The notes under the pieces: model-generated
Databases searched by the model: none
What the model was told of the DNA's origin: nothing
What the model saw: the letters and a program-made list of their open reading frames with translations, nothing else
Made by a program: the position numbers and the translations under genes
Part shown: one piece after another, positions 21,685 to 33,722 of the stretch
Layout: each line of letters begins with the position of its first letter
Position numbering within the stretch: the first letter of the stretch is position 1
Source: Vermamoeba vermiformis
Taxonomy: Eukaryota
Assembly: GCA_045837725.1 (NCBI GenBank)
Contig: JBEWZL010000072.1
Span: 1-38,735 of the forward strand
Length of the DNA stretch: 38,735 nucleotides
Reading direction: 5' to 3'

Positions 21685-22987
21685 TTATTTCTTGGCGATT
21701 TTACAAAGGGATTTGTGTTCTGGCCAGTGTGCCTTTTGACATTCTTTATCGCAGTAATGCACGCGTTTGCAACCAGCGCAAATCTTGAAGTCTTTTCCTG
21801 TCTTGTGGCAAGCCGCACAAGAATCAACATTAATTTCTTTTTTCAAAACACCCGCATCTCGTTGGTGTCCTTCGATTTGCTTGATGCGATCCTTTTGCAA
21901 GTGCGCCTCGGCTTCTCTGATCAACAGCTTTGAAGTTTTTTCGGCGTCGTTCAGTAAATGAATGTTTCTTTGCATGAGGGCAATTTTTCGTTGATCCGTG
22001 GTAAGAGACAGCGCCTTGTTGTAACTCTTCCTCGCTTTGTCATACTGTCTCGTAGTCTTATATGCTAGACCCAAGCTGTTCAACATGCTAGCATATTGAT
22101 CAGAGGCAGTGCCGTTGTTAGCTTCAGCCCAATCAATGGCCTCACTGTACTCATCGCACAACAGTTCGAATTCGTTGCACGAGCCCAACAAAGTGCCCAT
22201 TTGAAGCACAACGCCAAGTACTCCCGATACCACGTCAAGGTCGATGTTTTTGTGTGCGCTCATCAGAAGCAAACAGTGCTTGATACAGGCTGCAGCGAGC
22301 TTGAAGTTCTTGTACTTTTGTTTCAGCAGGTACTTCTTGAGCTAGATAAACGTGTATTAATTCACACGTGCACTTAGTTTAAACGCTTTAGAACGTACCA
22401 GCATGCCAAAGAAGATGAGTTCGGGCAATTTGTAATGAACTCCCAACGCGACGAGTGGCAGCAACAACGCGACAATATTTTGGTTCTCTTGTCGACGAGT
22501 GACTTTCTGCCAATACGTCTTTGCAATTTTGTCGTAAGCGTACCAAGCAGTGACTGAACGACAATTAATTCTTAAACTACGACTGAGAATCAAGCGACTT
22601 ACAGCCCTCGTGCTCTGGCAGCTTCAACACGACGCGCTCAACGGAGCCGTCTTCAAGCTTGAAGTCACCTGAGATAAAGTAATGGCCCGGAGCCACAACA
22701 CCAGGGTACTCGACCTTCCAGTTCGAAGGAATGGGATGCTGATTCATCTCTTCAAAGAACAGGCGTGTGGCGTCGCTCATGTGGAACAACACCTTGCTGT
22801 GTATTGATATTCGTTAGTCAACTCTGATCGCAGCATCAGAAGTAACGCACCTTGGTTCGGTTAGGGTTGGCGAGTCGTGGATCAGCATATCCACGCAAGT
22901 GAAGTTCAGCTGACAAGAATTCCTGCTGTTCCAGGCCTTGGAAAGTAAGCTAGGCTCCGCTGAAGTCTCTTTAACATTAACGAACAT
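21685..22987 (-). CDS. TPR + MYND zinc-finger protein
   Basis: TPR: MLNSLGLAYKTTRQYDKARKSYNKAL. C-terminal MYND: CAAC...CAGCKRVHYCDKECQKAHWPEHKSLC. The upstream exons start from the ATG at 22987. Confidence 0.85.
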
Positions 22988-23010
22988 TGGGTGATCGTTC
23001 TAAAGTGCTG

Positions 23011-23605
23011 TCAGCGATCGGTTTTAGAAAATCGAGCACGTACATTTGAAATTGTCCAGAAACCATTTGTATCTTGTTGTGTTTTGTACCCTCTGCTTTC
23101 CAACACGGCGGTCATTTTTCGATCGAATTCCTCTTCTTCATCTTTGGAAAATTGAGCGGCACAGGCGGATCCACAAACAGGTGCGTAGTACTCGTGAATA
23201 AGCTTTGTTTCGGGATCAGAATGAATTGTCGTTACTATTTTGCAACTTTTCTTGGCTTCGCAAACTGTGCACGGCACTGACAATCGGTTGTTAGAATGGA
23301 TGGAAGACAAATCCTCAAAAAAAAATTCTTATTTAATTTGAAATAATTACCTATAGGAGGGTATGAATCCACAGTGCAGTATCTGCAATGGGGATCGGTG
23401 CACAATTGCATGTCAGGGATTATTAACCGAGCTTTCGTCAGCATCTCCTTTTTATGCGCTTGAAGCATCGCCTAAATGCAAATTTAATTAATATAATATT
23501 GTGTTAAGGCGCGGCGTCACTTGGTACTATTATTAATTAATAAACACTATTCGGTACCTTGGCGGCTTGAGCGTTTGAAGCTGCGCCCGTATTTTTTTGC
23601 GACAT
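23011..23605 (-). CDS. Small Cys-rich hypothetical protein (3 exons), possible zinc binder
   Basis: MSQKNTGAASNAQAAK | AMLQAHKK...CTDPHCRYC... | VPCTVC...APVCGSAC... The introns are GT-AG with a CTAAC branch point. Confidence 0.65.
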
Positions 23606-23866
23606 CTTGTTATCGGTGCTTGTTAGTACCGGTATTCTAAAACTAAATGCCGTAGCAATAACCTGAGTCAGGGTAAGTGTTCTAGGCTTCAAAAATCTCC
23701 GCAGCTTGGCGCCAAAATTCTTTATTTTGTATTGACGAAGCCCACAATCTTGTTGTTCAATATATCTTTCTATTTATTTTTAAATCCGCAGGGTTAATAT
23801 GGTAAACTAACAGCTAAAAGTACACGAGGTTGAAGCTATTTACAATTTTCTCTCGATCTGGCGAGC

Positions 23867-26800
23867 TTAGTTTTGTTCTGAGTCCGAGGCCTCTTTATCA
23901 TCTGGGCTTGATGGAGAATCGGACACAACTTGGGAGTCTCCCAAGTTATTATTGGCAGGAGGTAAGAGCAAATCCGTGCTTTTGTTCACGACTAACGGAA
24001 GATCCTTGCCTTTCTGATCAGATGGTTCCTCGCTTGATGAAGACGACTCTGATTTTTGTGATTTTTGTGATTTTTCTGTATGTCCTTTTTCTTCCTTCTT
24101 GCTGTGTTCCACGTACGAAGATCTGGATTTGTTGGCAGATTCGTTGTTTGACACGTAAGACGAACCACGATAGTTGCCAGGAGCGCCCGAGGTGGTTGTG
24201 GACGAGTAGCTAAGCTTCTCTCTTCTGTTGATGATACGGTAGAACTTGAGCACGAAGAGGCACAAGATCGAGACCACAACGGCAAACAACAGCCCAATGG
24301 AAGTGATAATAGCAGCGATCTCAGTGTGGTTGACACCAATAAGACCGACAAGAGGCATGATAATAATGAACAGGAGCGTCATATTATAGACCTGCAACGC
24401 ACGTTAATGATACAGTTCTTGGATAGAGCTAGATCACTTACTGAAAAGAAGATTTCCTTGGTCTCTTTGTACGAGCCAATGTTGACGTTTCTCGTTCTGA
24501 AGGCAAAGAAACAGCCGACTAAGAACACAACACCAAAGTAGACGATTTGAGTGATGATAAAGGGGAACGCGTCATCGGAATAGCAACCGAAGATTGAATC
24601 TGAAATGCCTTCGAACTGAAGAGCTCGAAGACGACCAACGATTTGCCATACAATGAGCAAGACCTAGTATTGTTAGACATGCTAGTGGTACCAATTAGAG
24701 GACTTACGACTTCAAGGCCAAGCAGAATAGACACGATAACCATGAGCTGACTGTCACCGATTGGCTTAATCTTGGTCAACTTCTTGCGGTGCCAGTTGAA
24801 GATACGATCAATACGATAGCTCTTTACTGCCATAGATCTGCCAATCAGGTTAGTTTTCAAGTCATATATTCATCGCAAGACGTATTCACTTACCCGAAGA
24901 ACAGCACGAAACCTACGCCGAAGAACCACATCCAAGGCATGCACTGAGGTGATTCGAGCACGATGAAGATGGGACTGAACATCATCAGACCAGCACCGAC
25001 TAAAGTGAGCAAGCTGAAGACGAGAGAAGAGTGCTTGATAGTCTTTGATTCGCGGAAGTAAAGCGTCAACACGATGAATGCGAGGACGAGTGCCACGCAA
25101 GCTGACGATGCAGTGATAATACCAGCACGCACAGCTAAACTGACGGGGATGAATGCCTCTGAAAAGTAACGTTAGGATAAGGAATATCATTTCAGCAAAA
25201 GCTACGTACGAGGGTAGTTGACACCACAAGTCTCGAAGCGGAAGTCGTTCTCAGGCACGTCAGAGATGGAGAAGTTAGATGAAGGGAAGATGCGTGTAGT
25301 GATCACTCGGTGGAGACCCTGGTTGCACGTGCAGTTATCTGCGGTACCGCTGAATGGACCAATTGACAGCCCTCCAACTTTGAACACGGCTTGACTGAAC
25401 ACCGTGTCGAGGAATGATTGGCGCGTAATATCCAATGTGTTGTCAATGCTGTCGAGTACTTTGATCAAGAACTCTCCGACGACATAACCTTCCAATGAAA
25501 CAAAGCCAAAAGTAGCACTCGGATCGAAGTCGAGCAAGGCATTTTGGTACAAGGCCACGAGCTGATCAGTGCTGTCTTCTGGATCTGGCACGACTTGCGT
25601 CACGTAGATGTTCTCGTTGGTCACGCCGGCTGATCGCAATGCATTGGCGAAGGCTTCAGAGTCGACAAAAGAAACGGTGCCGTACACGAGTCCAGAGCGC
25701 CAGTTGTCAGCCATTTGCACGAACTGGGCCAGCTGACCGTAAGTACCAACCATGATTATAACATCGGGATTGCCCAATTGAATCGATGCAAGACCAGCGG
25801 ATAAATCGAATGTGTTTCGTTCGTAAGTGCCTTCACTTTCAATCGACATAGATCTGTTTCCGAGCGCCAATTCCAAACCTTCCAAGCCTGCCTTGCCGAA
25901 GGCGTCGTTCTGGTATAAAATTGAAATACGTTGAAGGCCGAGATTGTCAATGAAATGTCGTGTCATGGCCGCAACTTCGTCAATGTACGAGGCGCGGACG
26001 TTAACAATGTTACGGTTGCACGGATTACGGAAGATCTTCGCACCAGTCAATGCTCCTAAAAATTCACAAAACTTTAATTTTTGAAACTAAAATGATAAAG
26101 ATGCACATTTGACTTACCGACTAATGGAGTACTCTCCTGTTCAATGACTGGCAGGACCGCTGAAGTGGTAGGAGTTCCAACGGATCCGACGAGGGCAAAA
26201 ACATTTTGTTCGCTGATTAAATACTTCGCGTTGACGACGGCATTTGTTGGCTCGTATCCATCGTCGCGAGAGATGAGCACCAACTTTCTGTTACGAATGC
26301 CACCAAGTCTGTTGCGGGCAGCGAAAGAAGCAAGAATTCCTTGTCGCATGCCTATGCCGAGTTCTCGAACTGTGCCTTCTAAAGGAGCTGATTGGCCGAA
26401 TACGATGGGAGTAATAATTGTTCCGTCAGAAGACATGCACGACGTCCAAGAGAAAGTTACGCCAGGAACAGCTGAAAGAGATCCAGTCGCGTTCATTCGA
26501 AGCAACGACACTGAACGCATGCCTTGCGTGCATTTTGACGAATAAGGTCCTAAGAGTAAACCGGACAAAGTAAAATATTGGCTGGTGTACACGACGTTCA
26601 AGAAATTCTCGCGCGAAACGTCAGGATAAGCTTGACGGACAATTTCAATAACGAAGCGACCGGCAATATAACCTATAAGAAACATGTTTCGTTAGTCATA
26701 ATTAATTAATTTAAATGAGTTTACTACGGACCTTCAAAGGAAACGGATGAGACGGCGGAGTTGGGGTTGTAAGCCTTGAGCGCATTTTGATATTCTTTGA

Positions 26801-28033
26801 TTAAATATGGCGAAGTACCGGCGTAAAGCGGCAAGACTTCAGTGACGAAGATGTCGTCCAAAGCAACCCCTCTACGTTGGTATACCAAATTAGGAAAAAA
26901 ACAATTAAAAATTAAATTCAAAGGATTGAGTACCTGTCAAGCAACTCTTGAACAAAGACTTCAGCACCAACGAAAGAAACAGTCAAGAAGACTATTGAGC
27001 TATTTTGAGCTTTTGCCATACTAACGAATTTGGCGAGAGGCTGAAAATTTTGAATTTAAAATTCCCATCTTTAGCTTAGCTAAGGAATTACTTACTGCAT
27101 AAGTGCCAATCATTACAATAGCTTGCGGATCTTTAGTAAAAATACTGTTATAGGCGTCTTCCACGTTTTCAGTATTTCTTTCGTATGTTCCTTCGCTCTC
27201 AAGTTTCAATCCAACGGCAGCCATAGCAACAGTCAATCCTTGATAACCTAAACTCAAGCATTAAATCAGAAATTCGACAAAAGGTCGATTTCATTTCCTG
27301 TGATCTTCGTTATTATTGCCGTTTCTTACCAGCTGCGCCAAATGAATCATTCTGATACATGATTGAGATGCGCGAAATGAAGCGCTCGTTGACAAGGTAG
27401 TCAACCATTGCTGCGGTTTCGTCGAGATACGAAGATCTGGTGTTGATAATAGTTTGATCTACGGGCAAACGTAAGCCTTTTGAGCCAGTCAAAGGGGCCA
27501 CGAACGGAATATTTTTATCGATTCCATTCCTTACGCTAAGAGCCGCTATAAATGGGACCGGTTAGCAAAATGTGACGTTGGGATCACACATAAAATAGGA
27601 TCCTTGAAAAACTATTGATAGCTTTTGAAACATATAATTAATACGATGCCTACCAAGTGAAGTGGGTGTTCCGACGTATCCTACAAGACCAAAAACATTG
27701 TCCTCAGAAATTAAGCGGAGTGTGTTCGTCGTTGCATTAGATGGCTCGTATTGGTCGTCATAAGCTATCAAATCAAACGTATAATTGCCTTTAATGCCCC
27801 CTACGTCATTTATCTCTTTGAAAGCAGCCATAATTCCCTATTTGATTTTGACATATTAGAAAATAAAACTTTAAAGTTAATTAAATTGACAGACATACCT
27901 CTCGCATGTCAAGGCCCAATTGGCTCGATACGCCAGTGAATGCAGCGCTCTGACCGAATACGATCTGTGTACATTCAATATTTATATTGCACAGCCATAG
28001 AAAGAGCGCACAAGCAAGTAAAGTCCGAAACAT
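23867..28033 (-). CDS. Class C (family 3, GABA-B/Grl-like) GPCR with a signal peptide and two tandem type-1 periplasmic-binding (LivJ-like Venus flytrap) domains
   Basis: Signal peptide MFRTLLACALFLWLC. Two homologous domains each contain IVFGQSA..G...LG..MR.G, DD.YEP, GxVGTPT, RxSYxDE, RISIxYQNDxFG, EGTYERNT, VSFV, VT(E/Q)VxP and SxEGY. The 7tm_3 motifs are IKHSS, KSYRIDRIF, ETKEIFFSVYN and LFVLK. It has a Ser-rich tail. Confidence 0.9.
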
Positions 28034-28530
28034 GGTTCAAACTTGAAGAAGAATAACAACAATGTGCGCTTGTGTTGCTGTCGAGGCCAAAGTAGAAATA
28101 AAATGATTTGGTCACAAAACACATGGACATGATAGCCGGTCACATCGAACTTATCCTCGGAAATTTTATCCAGGCCGTTAGAAAATAGTTCTGTGCATCT
28201 CGCTGAAATCTCGTCTCTTGCTATTTTTGGACCTGTCGCGACACAATCATACGATATCGGCAAATTTATCTCCAGTTCCAGTAGAGCTGGCGCCCACAGA
28301 AGCATCAACAAGCCCATTATTTATCGTTGAAAAGTTGGCAGAAGTGACGAAGATCGCTGGCCAAGAGCCTTATGTACTCCCGTTGCTCAAACTCTACAGC
28401 GCATCTCAACGCCGTGGCTTCTCTATCCAGACTCTTTTGAATAACAATGAAGAAGCGCTCATGTCCACGAAATTCTCCATATCAGCCTTCAACTTCTCTG
28501 CCAGTAAAGCTATTTACAATTTATCAAAAT

Positions 28531-31491
28531 TTACAATGACCAGTATCGCTCCTTGATCTCGCTTTCGTCTAGATCGACCACAACTTCGTCTCTGTTCTTG
28601 TTCGTAATCAATTTAGGGCTAGGCAGCTCAGAAGCATCAACTTCAGGTACATTTCTATCTCCGAACGGCTCCCGCCGCCCTTTTTTGTACGTTTCGAGTT
28701 CCTTCAACAATGACTTAAAATCAGGTCGCAGATCTGGGTTGCTCAACCAGCATTTCTTTAGCAGCATCGTGTAGAACTTAGGCATATAGATTGGTATCTG
28801 CGGCCTGCCCCCGTTCATCACATACTGTTTCACGTTTTCAATGCCCCTAAAATTGGATCGCGGTTAAATTTTTCCAAAGTTTAAAAGACACTTACCTGTA
28901 AGGCGTGTTTCGAGTTATTATCTCCCACAGCACGATGCCGAAGCTATAAATGTCAACTTTGTACGTGTAGTTACGTAATCCCAACCGCAACGCTAATTCG
29001 TTAAAGTTAAATTATTACTAAATTAGGGAAAATAACTAATAATATCCGGAGTTACCCTCAGGTGCCGCCCAGGCTACAGTGCCGATATTGTTAGTCTTAG
29101 CAATGTTGGTCGATTGTTTTCGCTCATTAATAAACCTCGCCAAGCCAAAATCAGTCACTTTAACGTTCCAATCTTCATCGACGAGCAAATTATCTGTCTT
29201 CAAATCTCGATGCACAAATCCTTTCTCGTGCAAATAAATCATTGCCTTGCAAATATCTATGGACATCTAAAATAGCAGCGTTAATAAGGAATGGGACAAA
29301 TGAGGGGACGAATAGCCGGGCTCGAACCTTCAAAATGTTATCTTCCGCTATGTCGATTAGCTCGTTGTCAAGTATCTTTCTGAGTGATCCCGGGTGCACA
29401 TATTCGGTGATAATTGCAATGTGCGGCAGTTCCAAACAGGCGCCGATAAACTTGACGATGTTCGGATGTGACACGGATCTGCTCACATAACGTGTGAATT
29501 AACTACGTTGTGATCTAACACTATTTCTGAAACACATGTGAAACTTACGCTAATGCTTCGACCTCTTTGCCGAACTCCTCAATAAATGCCAGTTCCACAT
29601 CTGCATTTTTGATGATCTTGACAGCGACAGGTTTACCGTCGTACTTTCCTTTGTATACCACACCAAATGCACCTTCACCGAGTTTCTCCGAGCGACTTAT
29701 GTACAGGTTACTATATAGTGGCACAGGTTAGCCGATAACTCCGACTCAATAGTGTCAAAAATAGCGCCTACCTTCTTTTGATGACACGTGTCATTTTTTG
29801 TTCGATACCGGCCAATAAATGTTCCCGTTCTTTATCTTCCTATTGAATAGCCGTTAAATATAAACTGACACTTGCAAAAGGAGCATATGAAATTTCGACG
29901 AGACCGTAAGTGATTGAATTACCTCCGCTTGTTGTTCCAACGCAAAGGCCATTGTGTACGTCGTGATGATCATCAGCAGCGTGTTGTCGAGCAGCAACAA
30001 GAGCGGGAACCATTCGCTGATCAAATACACAATGCCGAGCAGGAGCCAGTACAGCCAATCAGCCGTCGGTGAAAACAATAGCTCCCACGAGCTGTGATCA
30101 AAAGTAAGTCATATTGGATGCCAGCAATGTATGAAAAATATCGGGTCCGAAGATTGCCAATGTGAAATCTAATTGAATAAAATGGAATTACCCACGGGAC
30201 ACCGGATCTGCTTCGTACAGCCGGGCTTGACGCAGTTATTCATGAAATGTATATGCACTACTGTAATACTTACAATGCCGTTGAAATCACGGTTGAAAAT
30301 CCTCGTAGCGCCATGCCGAACCACCAAAACATGCAGGTCACGTACAACTGCAAAAAAACAAATCTGTTAGCTTGAAATTCATGCATATCATTATTACGAA
30401 GGTAATAGCATAATATTACGGCATTATAATGCGTTTGATCGGTATACAAAAGTTTTAGGGTCGATCCAGTCCTCGTAACAGCTGCATTTTTTGTATTAAT
30501 GAATCGTAAAACGTACCTGTCTGAATTTAGCGCGTGTTTTGAGCCATTTTCTGCCTTGATAATGCAAGCCTATTTTAAGCCCGACGAAGAATACCAAGCA
30601 CAGCAGCACCAACACGACTTGCATGATCCCGAAGCCATACAGCGAGGTCTTGATCCAGAATTCAATGTCGCGATTGGCGGGCACGAAGAACAATATGACT
30701 TGCGTTATTAAGAATAGGGAGACTAGGATAATCTCGCCTGAGAAGAAGATCTTGCGATTGCGCAAGTTCGAAAAAAAGAAGTAGTCGTGGGATATTGTAA
30801 ATACATCGACGCTAAAAATAGTATATGTAAGGTATATATATTATAATTAATAATATGTGAAGGACTTACGTGAAATAAACGACCGAAGTGAAGATCAGGA
30901 AGAAAATGAAGTGTGGCATGGCCCAAAGCACGTAAAATACTTCTTCAGCGACTAATCCTTCTTCGAATAATGCACCAGCTAGCACTGCTGATATAAAAAA
31001 TGTCGTGCGAACTAAACAAATCAATTAGATCTGGATCTGATCTCGTTTTGATCCTGAAAAATCTACAGTTGAAATAATAAATTGTACTAGTTTTTGGAGC
31101 GTCAGAAAATCGATAATTGATCGCGTAGATAGTATTGCAGATATTAAATTTATCCTACGAATGTCGGAATTAATTTTAAATTAATTCAATATTTATAATC
31201 GCAAAATTATCGTTAAATACGCCTTTTTATCGTTTGTATATTGCCAATAATTTATTAAATGATACTAACAAATTTAATGGTGGAAAATAGTGAGATCTGC
31301 TCGATCTACTTACGGATGATCGCAGTCAATAGTCCTATATACAATAATTTGACCCGCAGCGGGTGCTTATTCTTCACGCGTGACAATAATAAGAAGCATA
31401 ATATCGTCAGCAGTATAAAGAATAGCCCAAGCACGGCTGCAGGTTCAGGGCTAATCTGATGCGTGAAAGCACTGCCACGCGTATCGCTCAT
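28531..31491 (-). CDS. 7TM receptor fused to a TKL-group protein kinase (7TMK-like)
   Basis: About seven hydrophobic segments lie in exons 31491-29923 (the last is [14 protein letters not shown]1/THH1-like). The kinase motifs are [57 protein letters not shown] and [12 protein letters not shown]. One junction near 30090-30200 could not be phased by eye. Confidence 0.85.
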
Positions 31492-31761
31492 TGCTATTCT
31501 TTATGCACGTGCTTATTTTTGTTGCATTGGTGTATTGATGCGTGCCCAGAAAAGTAGAATGATAAACACTTCAGTTTCCGGCGATTTTTGTGCGCCAACA
31601 GGAACAATTATCGAGAAGCCACCAATCCTTTTTAGTAGTGCGTAAATATCATGGAAATATGAAGAAGATGGTTAACTCTGCTAGAATTTAAACGGAAACA
31701 TGAGTTAATACCACGTAAGTCAAAGACGCCCTTGCTCGCAAGCTAGCTAGGTTAAAAGTCA

Positions 31762-33010
31762 TTATTTATTCGACGAATTATTGTTATTGGATTGACTATG
31801 CTGGTTAGTATTATTATTATTATTATTCTCTGTTCTGTCTTTTCTTCTCGTTTTGCCTTCGTTCGAATGCGCGTTTTGTTTGTCGTTACTCTTCTCGTCG
31901 CCTTTCTTATCGTTGTTGTTCGTTTTTGATTTGCGCGGAGTGACGCCGTACACCTTGTTATTATCGATGGGATTGGCGATGCTGTCGTTCACCTTCAAAA
32001 TGCATCCTTTCTGCATCATGGCCACTGCGATACGTGCGATATTTCGTGCATCGTCTAAGCCACTATGAGGCCTACCTATAATAAAAATTATTACGTTGGT
32101 TAATGCCCAAACTCAACAATCTTTGAAGATCTTCAAAAGTAGTAACGAAATAGATCTCGTTCGTTTTACTGAGAATATTGTATTCAGTGCAAAGGGGAGA
32201 TAAAAATAGTTACCTTCAAACTGCAACCCTAATTTGGAAAGCATTTTGTTGACACCACATCTGCTGCAGTAAAAGAATTCGGCGAACAGCCAGCGAATAT
32301 TGACCCATTTGTCAAAATATGACTTTCGTTTGATGTTCTTTCGCGTGCACTCTTTGTCTAAAAATTCGCGCAAGTCCCAAGGTCTTAAAAATTATCGGTG
32401 TTAATACCAACAACGACAGATCTTTTAAATCAACGAGGAGTTTAATAATTTGATGCATACCCGTCAGTCACAAAGGCAAATTTTTCTATTCCGTTCTTTT
32501 CTATCAAGTTGTTGTCCATAATCCATTGGTGAACTCGTTCTAATGTTTCAACAAGATCTACTCCTTGGTCGACTTGTTCCTTTGCGATTGAAAGATTATT
32601 ATCGCATATTGTGCAAATTAAGATATTTTATGCTTACTTGGGTGATGCCAGTCAGTTTTGTGCAAAACGGATCAAGAGTTGGATTCACTGTCGGTTTTAC
32701 GTATTGCTGAAACTCTGAAATGACATTGCCAGTTTTTCCATCGATTAATACGATCGGAAATTCTATAATTTCGTTTGGAAATGTTCTGTCATTTTCTTTA
32801 CAGCTGGCTTCAAAATCCTAATTTAAACGTGAGAAATTTTAGCGATTCAAAATTATTAGGTGCCTATCTAGGATAAAATGATCGGATTTAAATAAAATTT
32901 GAACTTACTAATACGCAGTAATAAGCATACGGCTGTTGTGGGATTGTGTTGCTAAGTTCCTCGTCTAAAAGATCCTGGTTGTATTTGTTTATATCGAAAT
33001 TGTATTCCAT
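31762..33010 (-). CDS. ERI1-family DEDDh 3'-5' exoribonuclease
   Basis: VLDFEASC, EIIEFP, FQQYVKP, FCTKLTGITQEQVD, FVTDGPWD and LGLQFEGRPHSGLDDARNIA. Asn-rich C-terminal tail. Confidence 0.93.
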
Positions 33011-33722
33011 ACTGCTTATGTATGATAATGTTGGTGTGTTTTATAATTAGGATCGTCGTGTGGTTTCTCATCTAAATAAAAGCAATAAAATAATCAATCA
33101 AAAATACCGCGCAAAAAAAGTCTTGTTACTTTTGAGTAATTTGTCGTAACACGAATGAAGCCGTTCTTAACGTATTCGCAAATATGCCTTTGATACGTGT
33201 CTTCTTGGCGCATGCGTGGGGAAGCGAATCTCAACTTTCCGGTTTATGGAGCTCCATTAATCCTTAATTTTTGTAAGTATTATTTATGTGCTTACTTCTA
33301 TATATCATGCCTAATTATTTACTTCCTTATAATTACTATCGAATGGCTCATCAGTATTAATCAGATTCATTTTTTCTATTTAATACATAAGGCAGCTTCT
33401 TACGTCATTGTTTTAATACTTTTTTGAAGTATTGCTAATGGAGTAGCAATATATAGTGTCTCACCTAAATAATTTTGGCTCGCAGGCACTAAACTCGATC
33501 GGATGCGCTCATTAAAAGGAGGCTTGATAATAAGAATTATCCAAGAAGACTCGCGATCACCATTTATATTGGCGGTTCGTGGTTCCTATACAATCATTCT
33601 TACGAATATCAAGGTTCCTAAAACTTCCATCTGAGACACAGCACGTGGCTTGTGACGTTTTGTCGCATGTTAAAAAGAAGCTTCGTGCTCATTAACATTG
33701 ACTTACAATCGCATAACAAGAC

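Noticed and set aside
27982..28556. ORFs 27982-28317 (-) and 28218-28556 (+), or fusion of the 7TM-kinase with the class C GPCR
   Set aside because: The kinase has a stop at 28531 and the GPCR has its own ATG plus signal peptide at 28033. The intervening ORFs have no recognisable motifs.
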